Source: Dicyema japonicum (taxonomy: Eukaryota; Animalia; Dicyemida). Taken from it: a stretch of DNA of 64,000 nt. The notes under the pieces were generated by a model. That model was not told the origin of the DNA. It saw nothing but the letters and a program-made list of their open reading frames with translations, and did no database searches. Position numbers and translations under genes: made by a program. This document shows positions 12,760 to 26,109 of this stretch, in pieces (positions within the stretch are counted from its first letter, which is position 1; each line of letters opens with the position of its first letter). The DNA lies in NCBI GenBank assembly GCA_011109175.1, contig RDEW01000011.1, forward strand, positions 490,193 through 554,192, in the 5' to 3' direction.

Positions 12760-14640
12760 ATTATTATTTGCACTTATCGCTATGTCATAGGACTTGACAA
12801 AGCATCTGCAACACGAGTTAACAAATCACTAGTTAATTTCATCCACTTCCTCATGTTCAAAGCCGCAGTGCGTAACCAGTCAAGATCCTCTCCACTTCTA
12901 AGATGCCGTCCCATTTCTTTGAGGGCCTCGTCGAGAACTACTGGCAGTGTCGTCCTTGAGCAACCACGGAGACGGGGGGCTTCCAATTGAAGTAATCCTC
13001 CATAGCTACGTTCGCGGGGCATCTAGGTCCAGTCGCAGAATATCGTGTATCCAGAAATTCATTTGAAATTTCAGAGGTCCACGTCTTTTTATAGAGAAGA
13101 TTTGATGACATCCTCGTATCACTTCTTTCGAACATCATATGCCGTAGTTGGTCTCTATGAAACGCATTAAGCCTATTCAGTTCATTTTTTGAGCAGACCT
13201 AGGTACCAGTGTTATACAGTAGTATGGGATTCACTAGCGAGTTGTATAATCGAGTTTTTGTTTATAATGTCAAGGCTTTTTTTGTGGAGCCAGGTGTTCT
13301 TCAGTCTGAAGAAAACAGTTTGTGCTAAGGTTTTCCTTCTTGTAATGTCTTCATGGTCTCCTAGGAGGGAGCCAAGCTTTTTGCACTTGCGCCAGTTGCT
13401 CCTCCGTCCTTGTTTCTTCCCTCTTCCCTCTTGAGTTCAGTTACCTCAGTCTTGTCCGGATTTACTGTTGAAACGTCATCAGAGGATACTCACTGCGGAA
13501 CTGGATTGTCTAGAAAGTACCCACACACAAGAAAAAAAAAGAAGTGAAGATCATTTCTTGGTTCTACGATTAGTTAAAATTAACTGTTTTTTACTTAAAT
13601 AAAGTGCGTGTTTTGACATGCGGAGCTATAAATATTATAGCTCTCCTGAAAAGGCTGTTATTACTATTAAACTAGTCTTCCAGGCACTTCTTCTAACAAG
13701 CGGGTGAGTGATATTTTGTCATTTGAAATAAAGTCTACGTCGTCAGCATACGCAATAATGTTTGTCTTTTCACCCAGTATCGGTTTTGATTCCCGTAGAG
13801 CAGCTTCAATATGACAAAAAGAATAGGTGATAATGGGTCTCTCTGTTGAGTGCCAACAGTCGTCTCAAATCGGCGAGACAAGGCTCCCCCGACTCTTACA
13901 ATGAGCCAAGTATCAGCTAGGAGGGTGGTGGCCATTCTGACAGTGGAAGCGTCTAGGAAACTCCCCAGAACCAGTATTAGCCTCCGTCTGTCGACAGAGT
14001 CGAAGGTCCTTGAAATGTCGATTCCGAGGATGGTTGTAGACATTTTGAACTTTTAAAGGCCGCAGATCTCCACTTGTGAGACCACAAAACATCGGAAGTA
14101 AATCTTCCTTTTCGGAATCCGCTGTGGTATAGTGACAGAAAAGTATCTAGGCGTCCTTCCATCCTTTGTAATGTTATGTTCGCCAGAATTTTCTGAAGTG
14201 AATTCAGTAATATGACTGGACGGAGGTTCTCCACCTTAGCTCTTGTTTTATTCGCCTACTGTACAGGTATCAAAATACCTCTAGTACATCAGAATCCTAG
14301 CGATGCATTCATACAGGGTTTGGGTTCCGTATTTGAAGAATTCATCACCAAGTTCGTCGGGGCCAGGAATCCTGTTGTTTTTCAATTTGGAACTTGCAAA
14401 TTCAACTTTATATGGTGTGATTTCTTCATCTAATTTCCTCGTTCTAGGATGATAGTGTCGTTCCTTGGATTGAAAAGTTTTCCAAAGTGGGCAGCGATAC
14501 TTTCTGCCACTTCCCTTTGGTCCATAATCTGCTATCCTTTGTCATTTCTTATCGGTTGACAGAGTCTCTTTCCTTTTTATCTGTTTAACAGCCTCGTAGA
14601 ATTTTGCGTTTTCCTTGATCTACTTTGAAAGATCTTCGAC
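12760..14640 (-). mobile_element. RTE-like non-LTR retrotransposon, decayed RT and C-terminus
   Basis: NLRPVILLNSLQKIL..HSGFRKGR, GIDISRTFDSVDR, TTVGTQQRDPLSPILF, then VNPDKTE..WRKCKKLGSLLGD..RLYNSLVNPILLYN in 13150-13480. About 230 bp of unrelated sequence interrupts it at about 13500-13730. Confidence 0.88.
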
Positions 14641-14749
14641 CAGTTCCTTCAGTTTCCAAACGCTAGAGAGTCCCTACGTTAAACGTGAGAAGGGATAAGT
14701 CCAATGGCTTGATACTGTGTTTTCCAGACATTGAGTTCAAGAGCCACGT

Positions 14750-15130
<381 letters not shown>

Positions 15131-16249
15131 AAGTAACGGTTTGTCAATGCAGGTAAATCCAAGCTTCGGAAGCGTTCCTTGGATATCGTGACCTTTTACC
15201 CTTTAAACATTCAAGATTACTTCCTTAACGTTCTCTTGTTATGTATTTATTCGAAGATCATTTGCATATATGTACAGGTAATCATGTTTTTTTAAATTAT
15301 TTCTCGAAATCTTTCAATTGATTGAAAAGTGAACGAAACTTTTGAATTTATCTTAAATGGGAAACATTGCGACTTTTCTGTCTCCAATTTTGGAAAACAG
15401 CACTAAATCTTCAACATGATGTTTTTATAATAGGATACCTTATAAATCAAATCTTTCAGACTCGATTTCTGCGTTCCAAAATTACAGGAACCCACACCTC
15501 TACAAATTCTTCTCTAAAAGGAACGACGTTGGTACGGAACTTTAGAGGAACACTGAAGATTCATCGAAATTGTCCTAATGAATGCTTGGATCTTTTAATC
15601 TGTTGCATAGACTTATATTATTTATCATCCGTGCATGTTCCGACAGATGATCTTCCAAATTCTTTTAATTTTGACTTTACGAGATTTGAACCGAGAATCT
15701 GACACTTTTTTTGTTCAGATTTTCTGGCTTCCAATGTCTTCCCAGTCTTATGTGCTGAAAAAAAAAGGAAGACAAGGGCTTTCATCCATCATGAAGTATA
15801 CATTTCAGGTAATAGAAGCACGACCCCCTCAAACTTCCGACCAATTAATTACTTGGGACAATCAACTAATCTATAAATCTATCTTATAATTCCCTTTTCC
15901 ATTCAATTCACCATAAGAGATTTGAATCCAGAGCATTGTGTATACGACACTTACTCTTTCTGAAACATTGTATATATAACGTCACATAATTCCATCGTTT
16001 TTACATCCCCACAAAAAAACAATAGGTCGCATCTCCCTTGAAAATATTAAGAAATTCTCGTAATAAAATAAGTTATCATTTTAACCATCTGGCCAACTAA
16101 TTTTGTACGAGTAATTTATTTATTGTCGCATGCTATCATGTCCAGCCAAAGTCTCTATATTAAACTCTCAAAAAATTTTAAAGCAATCTACGACGTTATG
16201 TAATGTAATGTTCATAAAAATCGACAGAGAAAAGCTGAACGTAATCAGT

Positions 16250-16500
16250 AGGGCAATTTTTGTCAATAAAGTCAAAAATTCATTTGTTCTTAAAATTGCT
16301 TAAACCTTATAAAATGTGATTTTTAATCAAAAATTATATAAATCAAAAGTTATAGTCAAAAAAGTCAAAATTTTGGGAAATATCAAAAAAAGGTCAATAA
16401 ATTCATAATTTTTATTGATTTTTATTTTTTATTTATTAATTTTAATAGTTTTTTTAATGAAATAATAACGTTTCATCAACTGTTATGCCGCATTAAAATC
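16250..16500 (+). mobile_element. Non-autonomous element/MITE with TAGGGC(A/G)ATTTTT terminus
   Basis: The start TAGGGCAATTTTTGTCAATAAAGTCAAAAATTCAT is identical to about 48116-48150. Internal sequence is shared with 39200-39330. Confidence 0.7.
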
Positions 16501-16671
16501 AGGACCTGGTGTGCCGACCCCTATTTGAGTTGGTTGTAGCTGTGTTATCAGCGTAGGCAGGATTGCTCTGCATACAAGCTTTGAGGCCAACCGACGAAAA
16601 ACCAAGCCAACAGCAATATGGCGTATTCCCCCACATCTTTTATCGAAGTCGATTAACTTTGCGGAGAACAT
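16500..16671 (-). mobile_element. CRE-like reverse transcriptase fragment
   Basis: KRCGGIRHIAVGLVFRRLASKLVC..QLQPTQIGVGTP. Confidence 0.8.
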
Positions 16672-17040
16672 TACGTGTCAAATTGTTTCTGGTAGTGTCC
16701 CTGAAATCATCCTGTTCATTAGTTTGGTGATAGCCAACACGAGCGAAACCCCAAAATAGCCCGTGTTCTAAGAAACGAGGTCTTTGAAATGCGCCGGACG
16801 GAACTCATCAAGTCTTCCACTGCTGCCCGGGACGAAAGAGAGAATCCCATTTTTTACGTCCTCTTCAGAACAAGCAGATTAGGTAATTGTCTTGGGCAAG
16901 ACGGAATCAGATGGTTGTTATGGCGACTTGGTTGTCGCCCAACATGTGCTGCGTAGGACTGTTCGGATGGCTCAATTATACGGTTCCGATCTGCAAGAAT
17001 CCGCACGGCAGCACGGATTCCACCTTCAGAATATTCCATT

Positions 17041-17305
17041 AAAGGTCCCATAATAGTCCAATAGTCCATTAAAGGCTCCCGCTTCAGAAATGAGATGGAG
17101 AAGTAAGTCCACCTTCTTCCATTTTCATCTCACGTCTTACCGTTGCAGACATCACTTCATTCCTAGGCAGAAGAGTTTTCATATTGGTAATCTTGACCAA
17201 TGGATTTCGTCAGGGAGAAGGTAGGAAGATCTCTTTCAGCTATCGTATCGTACCAGAAGGACTCGTCGCCTCGCAGGTGGGATCTGTTTGAGGAGAATTG
17301 ACCTT
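17041..17305 (-). mobile_element. SINE family A copy
   Basis: The reverse complement matches the 10185-10440 core and body. Confidence 0.85.
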
Positions 17306-17451
17306 CGTACGAGCAATAAAATTATTTAAAAGCAATTTAGCCTTTTTTATAACATATGAATACCCAGGGTTACGCTTACGACGTCTAACCATAATAAAAT
17401 GACTCATAAAACAAATATATTCATTAAAATCTAGTTAATGTATTATTTGAA

Positions 17452-20006
17452 TTATTTTAGCTGAGATTTCATTCTGATGTTTTCTTCTTTTAGCAATTCA
17501 AGTTCTCTTTTCAGATTTTCAATATTTTTGTGTGCCAAATTCTGCTTGATTTTAGTTTGCTCGATATTTGTTTCCAACATTTTCTTGGATTTGTATTCAC
17601 TTTTTTCCACTTCTTCTGCCCTCGAAAAGCCTGCCTTTATAATTTCCTCGTGCTCATTCGACTCCGAGTTCAAATAATAAGTTAAATTACAACTTTACTC
17701 CACTGATTAAGCTCGACTTCCCTTATTTGCCGAGTAAATTCAGTTTCCCATAAAATGTAGGTGTTCTAAATAAATAAAATAAAACTTTTAAATTTTCGAC
17801 TTCATTTTCAGTTTTTACTGAATTTTCAGAAATATAATTTGAAATTTTTCGCACGATATTCAGCAAACGGTCAACTTTTTCGACGATCAAACTCAAATCT
17901 TGATCGAATGCAGATTTTCGTTATTAATTACGAATAATATTAATTTTTGATTATTTTTGACCAAATCGTCGTGAATTTCTAGCGTCTGATGAATGAAATT
18001 AATTTTTTAAAAATTACAAGATTTTTGGCAGTAAAGTTTGCTTCATTCGTCGCCTCGACGGTCGAAGAAATTATTTTTTGCACGTGCATTGAGAAAAGGC
18101 AGAGATGGGAAATGTTCCTAATTTAATATTTTTGGTAATATACTTATTTTTATTTAATATTTTGTATTTTTGGGGAATTGTTGACAATTTGCTTTTAAAA
18201 TACGTGAAACTTTCTTTAAATTTTTCAAAAAAATTAATATAAAATTGCCGACAATTTTCTCTTTTGTCGAAGCTGCCCGATTTTAATACGTTGGCTAATT
18301 TTTCTATGTCCAGTACATAATCTTTTATAATAACAAAAAATAACCATTCAGTTGATTCATGTCACCTTTAATGGAGTTCACACAGGTTTCAAAGTCATCT
18401 CCCAAATTTTGGACATAAACATTTCCGCGGTACAATTCTGACTTCAAAGCCTCGAAAATATTTTTATAAACTTCCAGCAAATTTTCAATTTTATTGGTAT
18501 TTGCATTTTCTATGAATGACGATAAAATCTTAATAAAAAATAATTAAACTTCAAAAATCTCTTTTTCGAATTCATAAATCCATCAAACTCTTGAGTTGGG
18601 AAAAAATTACAGGTTCTATCAATTCTGTCAATTATGCGGGCCCTTATGTTTAAAATTTGGTCCAAGTTATCGTCGCATGACATAAGTAACGAGGACACTG
18701 ATCCATCCAATCGAATAGAAGAAGAAACCCACTTTTTGAAAACATTTTTAGTTTTTTCTCTTTCCTCAGAGTTTTTTTCTATTAATTTTAAAATATAGCT
18801 TCGTGAATAAATCTCCCAATTCGATTCAAACGAGTTTAACAGGTCAAAATTATATATTTGTTGTTCATTGCAGATCTAGGAATTATAATTTGGCAGTTTT
18901 AGGTTTAATGCTAGGAAACTACCTTGGTCAACAAGCAATACACTGTATTGATCCACTTACTTCGATTTTTTCTCGACGTGGAAATATTGGTTTCATTGCG
19001 TCCTACATATAGTTCATGTAGTTGTATGTAGTTTTCTATCATTTCAGCATTTTTTAAAAAGTTGTCTCTGTTTGTTTTAATCTAAATATGATTATAGACT
19101 TTAACGTTGTTGTTTAGTTGGTTAATGGATATTGACAAGGTTTCGTTATTTTTCCGTGAAACCTCAACCTCTCTGAATTAAAGTTGAGATTTTACTTTAA
19201 TATGTTGTTGATTTTATTCTTAAAAATACCAATTCTAGCGGTCAAATCCAAATCTAATTTGTTTTGGCTTTCCAATTCTTCCTTGAAACTTGCAGTTTAG
19301 AAATAAATTACTTTTTTAAAATTGGGGGAATCGTTTCGTAGAAGAAAATATAATCTTGCAAAACTTTATCCATCAAACTCCGCCTTTCTTTACAGTTGAT
19401 CTTAAATTTAAAGTATTATTTACTTGATTTATAATTTTGGTAAAATACTCTGAAAATTTTATTTTTTCAGCATTTAATAAAAGTTCTAATGTTTTCTAAA
19501 TCTCATAAAGTTTGTAACTTCATCGAATGAACTAAGTTGAAAAAGTCGAGGACGAAGAGACTTAATGTCCGAATCATATTCTGCAGTCAAGTTGAGGACT
19601 TCGTCCCGACTCTCTGGTTGGCTGAAATACCGTTTATTGCCAACATACATTAATGGAAGAAGAAATGGATATTCTACTCTGTGTTCAGGAGTTTGCATTG
19701 GGGCAGTGATTTTTTTCTGCAGTTTTAAGGGTACTTGTATATTCGGAAGAACTCTAATAACTGAGAAATCATCTTTCACGTCCTGAAATTCAGTTTTCCG
19801 TTTTTTAGGAATATCGCAGAGATAGGAAATGTCATTACTTTCAACCCATCGATACTAAAGTAGAAATACGATTCTACTCGACGGGGGTAAGATATTTGGA
19901 GTTGGGAATTCAAGCCATCGATTATACAAGTTGGAATTGAGTCACAGCATTCTTCATCCGTTTGGAACTAAATTTTCATACAAAATTTTACAAATTTGTT
20001 ATTCAT
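17452..20006 (-). CDS. Multi-exon orphan coiled-coil protein with many micro-introns
   Basis: The ATG at 20006 is followed by a 24-nt GT-AG intron. Removing 20-33 nt GT-AG introns joins ORF 19486-19779, the exons at 17700-18130 (..VEATNEANFTAKNL|TLEIHDDLV..|DLSLIVEKVDRLLNIVRK..) and the terminal coiled-coil ORF 17452-17673. Not all middle junctions were resolved. Confidence 0.7.
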
Positions 20007-20254
20007 TGCTTAGTAACTAGATTTATTTATTTTTAAATAAACACACAAGTCCTTTAACTAAGAGGCCTGGATTACGTTAACGTTCATTCTGATCACTGCC
20101 AGTTGGAACCTCTGTCTAAGCTGTGTTATTATTATTAAAAAGTTTCAGAACTGATAATTTAACTTATAATTGTCTTGTTGCTTCTCAATGTTGACTTATC
20201 CAAGTTTCCATGCGAAGTAAGTCAACAAAAAATTAGTTAACTCAAAAATGAAAG

Positions 20255-20380
20255 TAAATTAGGGCCTCCTAAGAAAGACGGATCCAATGACGCCACCAGA
20301 AGGAAAAGTAATCTTCAATCAAGTAGCCACATGACAATATTATTTAACATCCCAAGACCACGGTAAAACCAAACTAATTA
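20255..20380 (-). mobile_element. SINE-like family C, partial copy
   Basis: The reverse complement TTCCTTCTGGTGGCGTCATTGGATCCGTCTTTCTTAGGAGGCCC matches the copies at 44815-44925 and 31158-31400. Confidence 0.7.
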
Positions 20381-20819
20381 TCACGTGACCCAGATGCGTT
20401 TCATCAGTGACCTCATCATTGCCCGATGTTCATCCCTCGTGCTCACGCGCGGTCGTATAGGACGGCTGACTGAATTTACGGGGTCGAATTCCCGAATTCT
20501 GTAGTCTAGTTTCACAAGTCTCCAGAGGCGTTGGTTCGCTTTGGTCGAACGCATTTGTATATCAATTGAGCAGAGCACTGTTTTCAAATGTCTCAGCTTA
20601 TTTGAAAATTTATCTCGAGTTTTCAATGTTTGAAAGTTCCACTGAAGAGCAGTAAACTGGCTTTCTCTTCGGTGGACTGAGAATTTCTTCCGGGAAGGTT
20701 CGATCTTCCGTCAAAAGCATTGCCTAGGGACGTGAATGTACCCAAGAGGGTCAAAATGTACCTTTTCGATAGACATTAGGTGCCCTTAGGCGTTTCCAAA
20801 TCCTTTAAATCGATAGACC

Positions 20820-21005
20820 ACATTTTGTTGATTTTTTTTACCCCAAGATCACCGGATTAAAAAAGTTAAAAGTTAACTACTAACTAAGTGATCCCGGTTT
20901 TCCGAGTTCTGGCTCTCGTTCGGGGTCCTCGAAGATCCGACAGAATTGGTAGAAACGGGGACGGTCTCATTCTCATAGATTCCCCGCATTTTCTAGATAG
21001 TCAGT
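20820..21005 (-). mobile_element. Solo 3' UTR of the APE-type LINE family
   Basis: Near-identical in reverse complement to 62865-63040. Confidence 0.9.
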
Positions 21006-21191
21006 TATAGAGATTCAGGTCATTGGTGTATTTTGTTGACATGCGCATTAATACTTAGAATTCAATACACGTTTTTGTTATTTAATATAAATAAGTTTAA
21101 GATTAAAATAAATGTTATTATTCTAATAAAATTATTCCTCAAAAAATTTACTAGTAGGATTCGTTCTTTTTGGTCTTTTAATATCAAGTCG

Positions 21192-23334
21192 CTAAAAGTA
21201 ATTAAATAAATTCACAGAAAGATATGGAGAAGGTTGATCCTCAACTTCTTCAGTTTTGACGTCAGTTGTTATTTCAGTAGTCTCAGTCGACATAACAGGC
21301 ATTCCCATAACTGCAGGAGAAATTAGCTTTTGTTGAGACTTCATAGGTGGTCTAAGGCCACCCATTAGTGGAATATTGGAAAACATTTTTGCTCGGTTTT
21401 GAATTGACCCCACAGTAGAAGAACGCTCTACGTTTTTATTACCACCATCTGGTTCTTTTAAAAAGTCAGTCTTTTTTTCTGAAGTGAGAGTTTTTTCACT
21501 TTTGAGGGGCTCTGTTTTTTCTTTGCTGAAAAGTTCTACCTTTTTTTCATAAAAGGAGTTTGCCTTCTCTTTGGAGATTATTGGCTTTACATTTTTGAGA
21601 GGTTCAGTTTTGGGAAATTCTACCTTTTTTTCATGGGAAGATTCTTCCTTCACTTTTGGAGTCTCTATCTTTGCACTTTCGACAGGTGCTGTTTTTTCTT
21701 TTTCGAGTTCTACTTTTTTTTCATAGGAGGATTTTGCCTTCTCCTTAGGAGTTATCGTCTGTACACCTTCGAGAGGCTTTGTTTTTTCTTTTTTCAAAGA
21801 TTCAGTCTTTTCTTCACATTTGGAATCTTTCATTACTCCTTTCAAGGACGCTCTCGCTTGCTTTAGAAGTAATTCTGCTTGTTCTTCTTTAACAAATTCT
21901 ATCTTTTTTTCACGGGAGGAGACTTCCTTAACTCTGGAAGTCTCTATCCTTGTACTTTCGACAGGAGTTATCTTTTCTTTTTCGAGTTCGACTTTTTTTT
22001 CATAGTAGGATTTTTCCTTATCCTTAGGAGTTATCGTCTGTACACCTTCGAGAAGCTCTGTTTTTTCTTTTTTTAAAGATTCAGTCTTTTCTTCACACTT
22101 GGAACCTTTCATTACTCCTTTCAAGGACGCTCTCGCTTGCTGTAGAAGTAATTCTGCTTTTTCTTCTTTGGCAAATTCAATCTTTTTTTCTTGTGAAGAT
22201 TTATCGCTATTTTTGTCGGGATAGGTAGGGGGTATTTCTCTATCTCCTTGATCCATTCTTTTCGATTCTGATGATGTAATATGGGGGACGTTTTATTTGA
22301 AATATCCGACGACAAGTTTGAATTTTCTTGGTTTTTTAGTCTTTTTTGACCTTTGTCGTGTTCTATTAACATGGGTGTGGTGATTCCTGCATTCGTACTT
22401 ACATTCGACTGTTCAGGGACTTTTTCTTGCAATTTACTCTGAGAAATAGTTGGAACAACTTTGTCTGTCACTTTTTGTTTATTTATTGGAGCCAAATTCT
22501 GTCTAATTTTTAAAAATTCAGGTTTTTGAGTATTGTCCTCAGACTGAGGTATTTTTTCACTTTTTTGTGGAGTTTCAGTCGGTTCGTTTTTCGAAAATCT
22601 CATATTCTCTGATGCAGTCTGATTTTCAATTTTCGACTTTTCGAATTCTTTCTTATTTTCTTGATTCTCAGATTGATTTTTGAAGGTTTCTTCTGTTTGG
22701 CTTGAAATGATTAACATTTCTCGATCATTCTTACGAGTCTTATCTTCCACGTGATCTTCTAAATCAACCTCATCATACTTAATACCTGAAATATTCTCCT
22801 CTTTGGAGTTTGTCATGTCTCTTTGTCCTGAATTTCGCAGTCTTGCTTCATCCTTCGATAACAATTTTTCTAATTCGCCACCTCTTTTTTCTTTGAATTC
22901 ATTTTTTGTTTCTTTTTTACTTATTTCATCTGAAAATTGTCTTTTTGAAGTTTTATTCGATTCTTCAGGCTCACTTTTGCCAGATACAGCTGCGGATTCC
23001 TTCGTGAATTGCTTATCAGACTTTTCATGACAAATTTGCTCGGAAATTTTTACTTTTTGATTATTTTCTTGATCATGTTCGCATAGTTCCTGTTTTCTTT
23101 GGGCCTTTTCAATCTGCTCAGTCATCATAGTGCTTTCTTCTACCTAATCCTAATTAAAAATCTGACCTCATTTATTTTCGCTACGTTCGACTCAATACTG
23201 GGTTGGTCGTAGGTTTTCTTCAGTTCTTCAAGCCTTTCTTTAAGTGTTAACTTTTTATTATTCATTTGACTAGGAAACTGCGCAGTTAAAATATCGTAGG
23301 TTTTATTTTTATGGCGCAACTTATAGCGAAACAA
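21192..23334 (-). CDS. Large Lys/Glu-rich disordered protein with a 93-aa tandem duplication and WH2-like motifs
   Basis: ORF 23140-23334 splices via a 23-nt intron (GTCAGATTTTTAATTAGGATTAG) into ORF 22121-23128. A 1-nt loss in the C5 run (about 22283-22287) joins that to ORF 21192-22256. The true start is uncertain. Confidence 0.75.
21620..22200 (-). repeat. 279-bp (93-aa) coding tandem duplication
   Basis: CATTACTCCTTTCAAGGACGCTCTCGCTTGC occurs twice, 279 bp apart. Confidence 0.92.
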
Positions 23335-24534
23335 ATGCCAATTTCAAAGAAATTATTTTAATAAATACGCATAATTCTCCGAATTTATCCTTTCTTATCC
23401 GGATTTATCTAAATTTATTCAAAGTGGTTAAGTCGATCAGGCAATTGGTTAATTGGTCAGAAGGTTAAGGTGCCCTCTATTGCACAAATAGCAGCTTCCG
23501 TTCACGACAGATGAAAATCCATGACTTCTTTTTCGCAAGCATGGACAAAGTGACGAACTTGGGTGACATTAGAAACCTAGAGTTATGGACAAAGGAACTG
23601 TCGGATGCACATAGAACTGGTTAGAATTTTTGTGAATGTTTTCCTAGAAACTGCACGTAGGGGAGTATAGTTATTGTGAATCCATGTATTTTCTCATAAT
23701 AGTGGTGTAAAGCTTACTCAATTAACTCAAAATTTTCAGATAGAAAACCTCCCCCGCCTCATTTAATCATAATTATTTTATCTTGGTTTTTGTGCACTTT
23801 TGGAATGGACTTATCAGTGTCGATGATCTTGGAAATAGGAATTAATAGGTCAATTACTAGTTTTTCCTCATTCTTTGTGTCTTGGTTAAATTAAGTTAAA
23901 TTAAAATGGAAGAAGTGGTTTCCATAACCGAATAAAATATGGGTTTTTAGTTTGTGTTCTTAATTTGAGTTCTCCCCCGCTCTCTACAATTTAAATTTAA
24001 CACACATTTAAGGGGGCTTAACAGCTTAAGAAGGATTAGAAAATTCTATGGTTTTAGCACTTTTTCCTAGGTTTCTCACGACTAGAAATTTATCGATATT
24101 AATGCTAATATAGAAATGTCAGTCTGGTCTCTTTACATATTTAAAAATTTAATTTTGTTTTTCTTCTCTCTTAATCAGAGCTAACAGAAACATAATATCA
24201 GAATAACAAAAGTTGATATTTATAATCCTTATTGAAAAAAATAGAAACAAAGACATTGGTAACAAATCATGCTCTATTGATAGGAGACAGTAAGCATTGC
24301 CGCGGACGATAGTCACATCAAAGCGCTGCGAAAACTATTTCCTTAGTAGCAACTCCTTTACCTATATTCCCAGCCGTTGCAGAGATTTCTAAGGCGATTA
24401 GGACGATAAGAAAAAGATCACAAGAGCCGAATATTTCTTCAGTTTCCTTATTTATTTTATTTATTAAATCCAGGATTACAATCTTTCATAAGTCCAGCAC
24501 ACACAGTCACTACTAATTAATCAAAGGAAGGAAC

Positions 24535-24835
24535 CCATGGGAGAACGTCTGTGCCGACCAAATCAAACCTCCAATAGTCCATTACAGGTTTCCGCTTCAG
24601 AAAAGAGGTGGAAAAGTAGGTCCGCCCTCTTCCATTTTCATAACACATCCTACCGACGCGGACATCACGTAATTCTTAGGCGCAAGAGTTTTCATAATTG
24701 GATTTGGTTAGGGAGAAGGCAGAAAAGACGGAGTGGAATCTTTTTGACGAGAATTAGCCTTTGCCGAAAAGTCCATCTTTCGGATACGAACCCACGACTG
24801 TCAGATTCGAAGTCATTAGACGTTCAGTCAAGTTG
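24535..24835 (-). mobile_element. SINE family A copy with tRNA-like head
   Basis: Reverse-complement head GACTGAACGTCTAATGACTTCGAATCTGACAGTCGTGGGTTCGTATCC followed by the family A body. Confidence 0.85.
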
Positions 24836-25449
24836 CATTCTTTCAGCAGAGTTGATAATTTGGGAGTCAGAATGAGCAGTCACTAGAATGTCCATTGGGA
24901 GGAAGTTTCTAGGCAACTTCAACTACAAACTTATCGACTGGAAAAATTTCTATCCATTTACTGAAAGCTTCCTACAGAACCTTTATCCAAATGGTTGTTC
25001 TTTCCTTATTTTGGATGCAAGATTATTATCTGCTCCTTAACGCCACCTTAACTACGCCAAGGGATATGGTAGAATGGCTCTAGTTAAAAAATGACTCAAA
25101 AAGAGTGTCCGACAAACTAAGGAGAAAAGCCCTAGCTGAGGGATAAAAACCAGGGATCTCAAAGTCAAAAATCAAAATTGATGTATGTGCTCTCGTCTTT
25201 GAACTGAAATAGATTCACCGCAAAAATTTGAAAGACCATGAGCTTATGGAAAGTTCTCCTTTTCATTGCCTCTGGAATACTCTAATCCTTAAGAACCGAG
25301 AGACGTGCCCGTTCAACTATGAGCATCAAGTTATACGCGGGATGCGTGCTTTCGTTGGTTCATGGAGACAGATCGGACCGAGATAAGGTCTCTGCTGGTG
25401 GCTGTCGAGATCATGTGACTAGTTAGTTTTGTTTAAGCGTGGTCTTTGG

Positions 25450-25790
25450 AATTTTAATGCTTCAAGAGCTATGTAGTTAAGCCATCTGTTGAAGAAGCAA
25501 CGAAGACTTACATCAAGTCAGTTGTGGTGAGAAGGACTCTCGAAAGCATGCTAATTGAACACAAACACGGGATGAAGGTTTCCGATGAAGAGTTCACTTC
25601 TACTTCCGACCAGCCTTTGAAGCTAGCATGTGCTTGCTGTGAGGACATTCCATTAAATGCTAAAAGAAGTATAATTACTGACACTGATGAGATAGGAGTA
25701 AGAGTGAGCTGGCAGCAAACTCTTCTTCCAAGAGGATTACCAAATTTGGGCTGTAATTCTACTTAATTATAATAATTTACTGGATTTAGC
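25450..25790 (+). mobile_element. 3' end of an R2/NeSL-like REL retrotransposon (same family as 37700-39150)
   Basis: VRRTLESMLIEHKHGMKVSDEE matches VLKRTLESMLIEHKHGMKVYDEE at 37706-38029. Confidence 0.85.
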
Positions 25791-26109
25791 TATAATTTAA
25801 TTGCACTACCAATAAATATTTCAACATTTTGAGTGATTTGATTGATTCGAACAAAAGACTCTCAATTTGTTCGAATTTTGATTCCATATTTTTTACAGTT
25901 ATACTTGTGACTAATTGGTCTGGAGGTTGAAATGATGAATTTACGTCCCTTTTCTCGCCTCAGGAAACATGGGATACAAGAAGTTTCAGAAGTAGGAAAG
26001 CATCGGATACAAAAGTGTTTTGGATTTGATTAACAATGATCTGTGAGTTTAATTCCCATCATGGATTCTAGGTCGAAGAGATCTTGTCCTTCGCCAGTTC
26101 CTTGTCTTC

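Noticed and set aside
22330-22385. Capping-protein-interaction-like motif (THVNRTRQRSKK..P) in an alternative frame of the K/E-rich gene
   Set aside because: The coding frame is open through this region and the shift to the next ORF must lie downstream of an in-frame TAA (about 22290), so this frame is not used.
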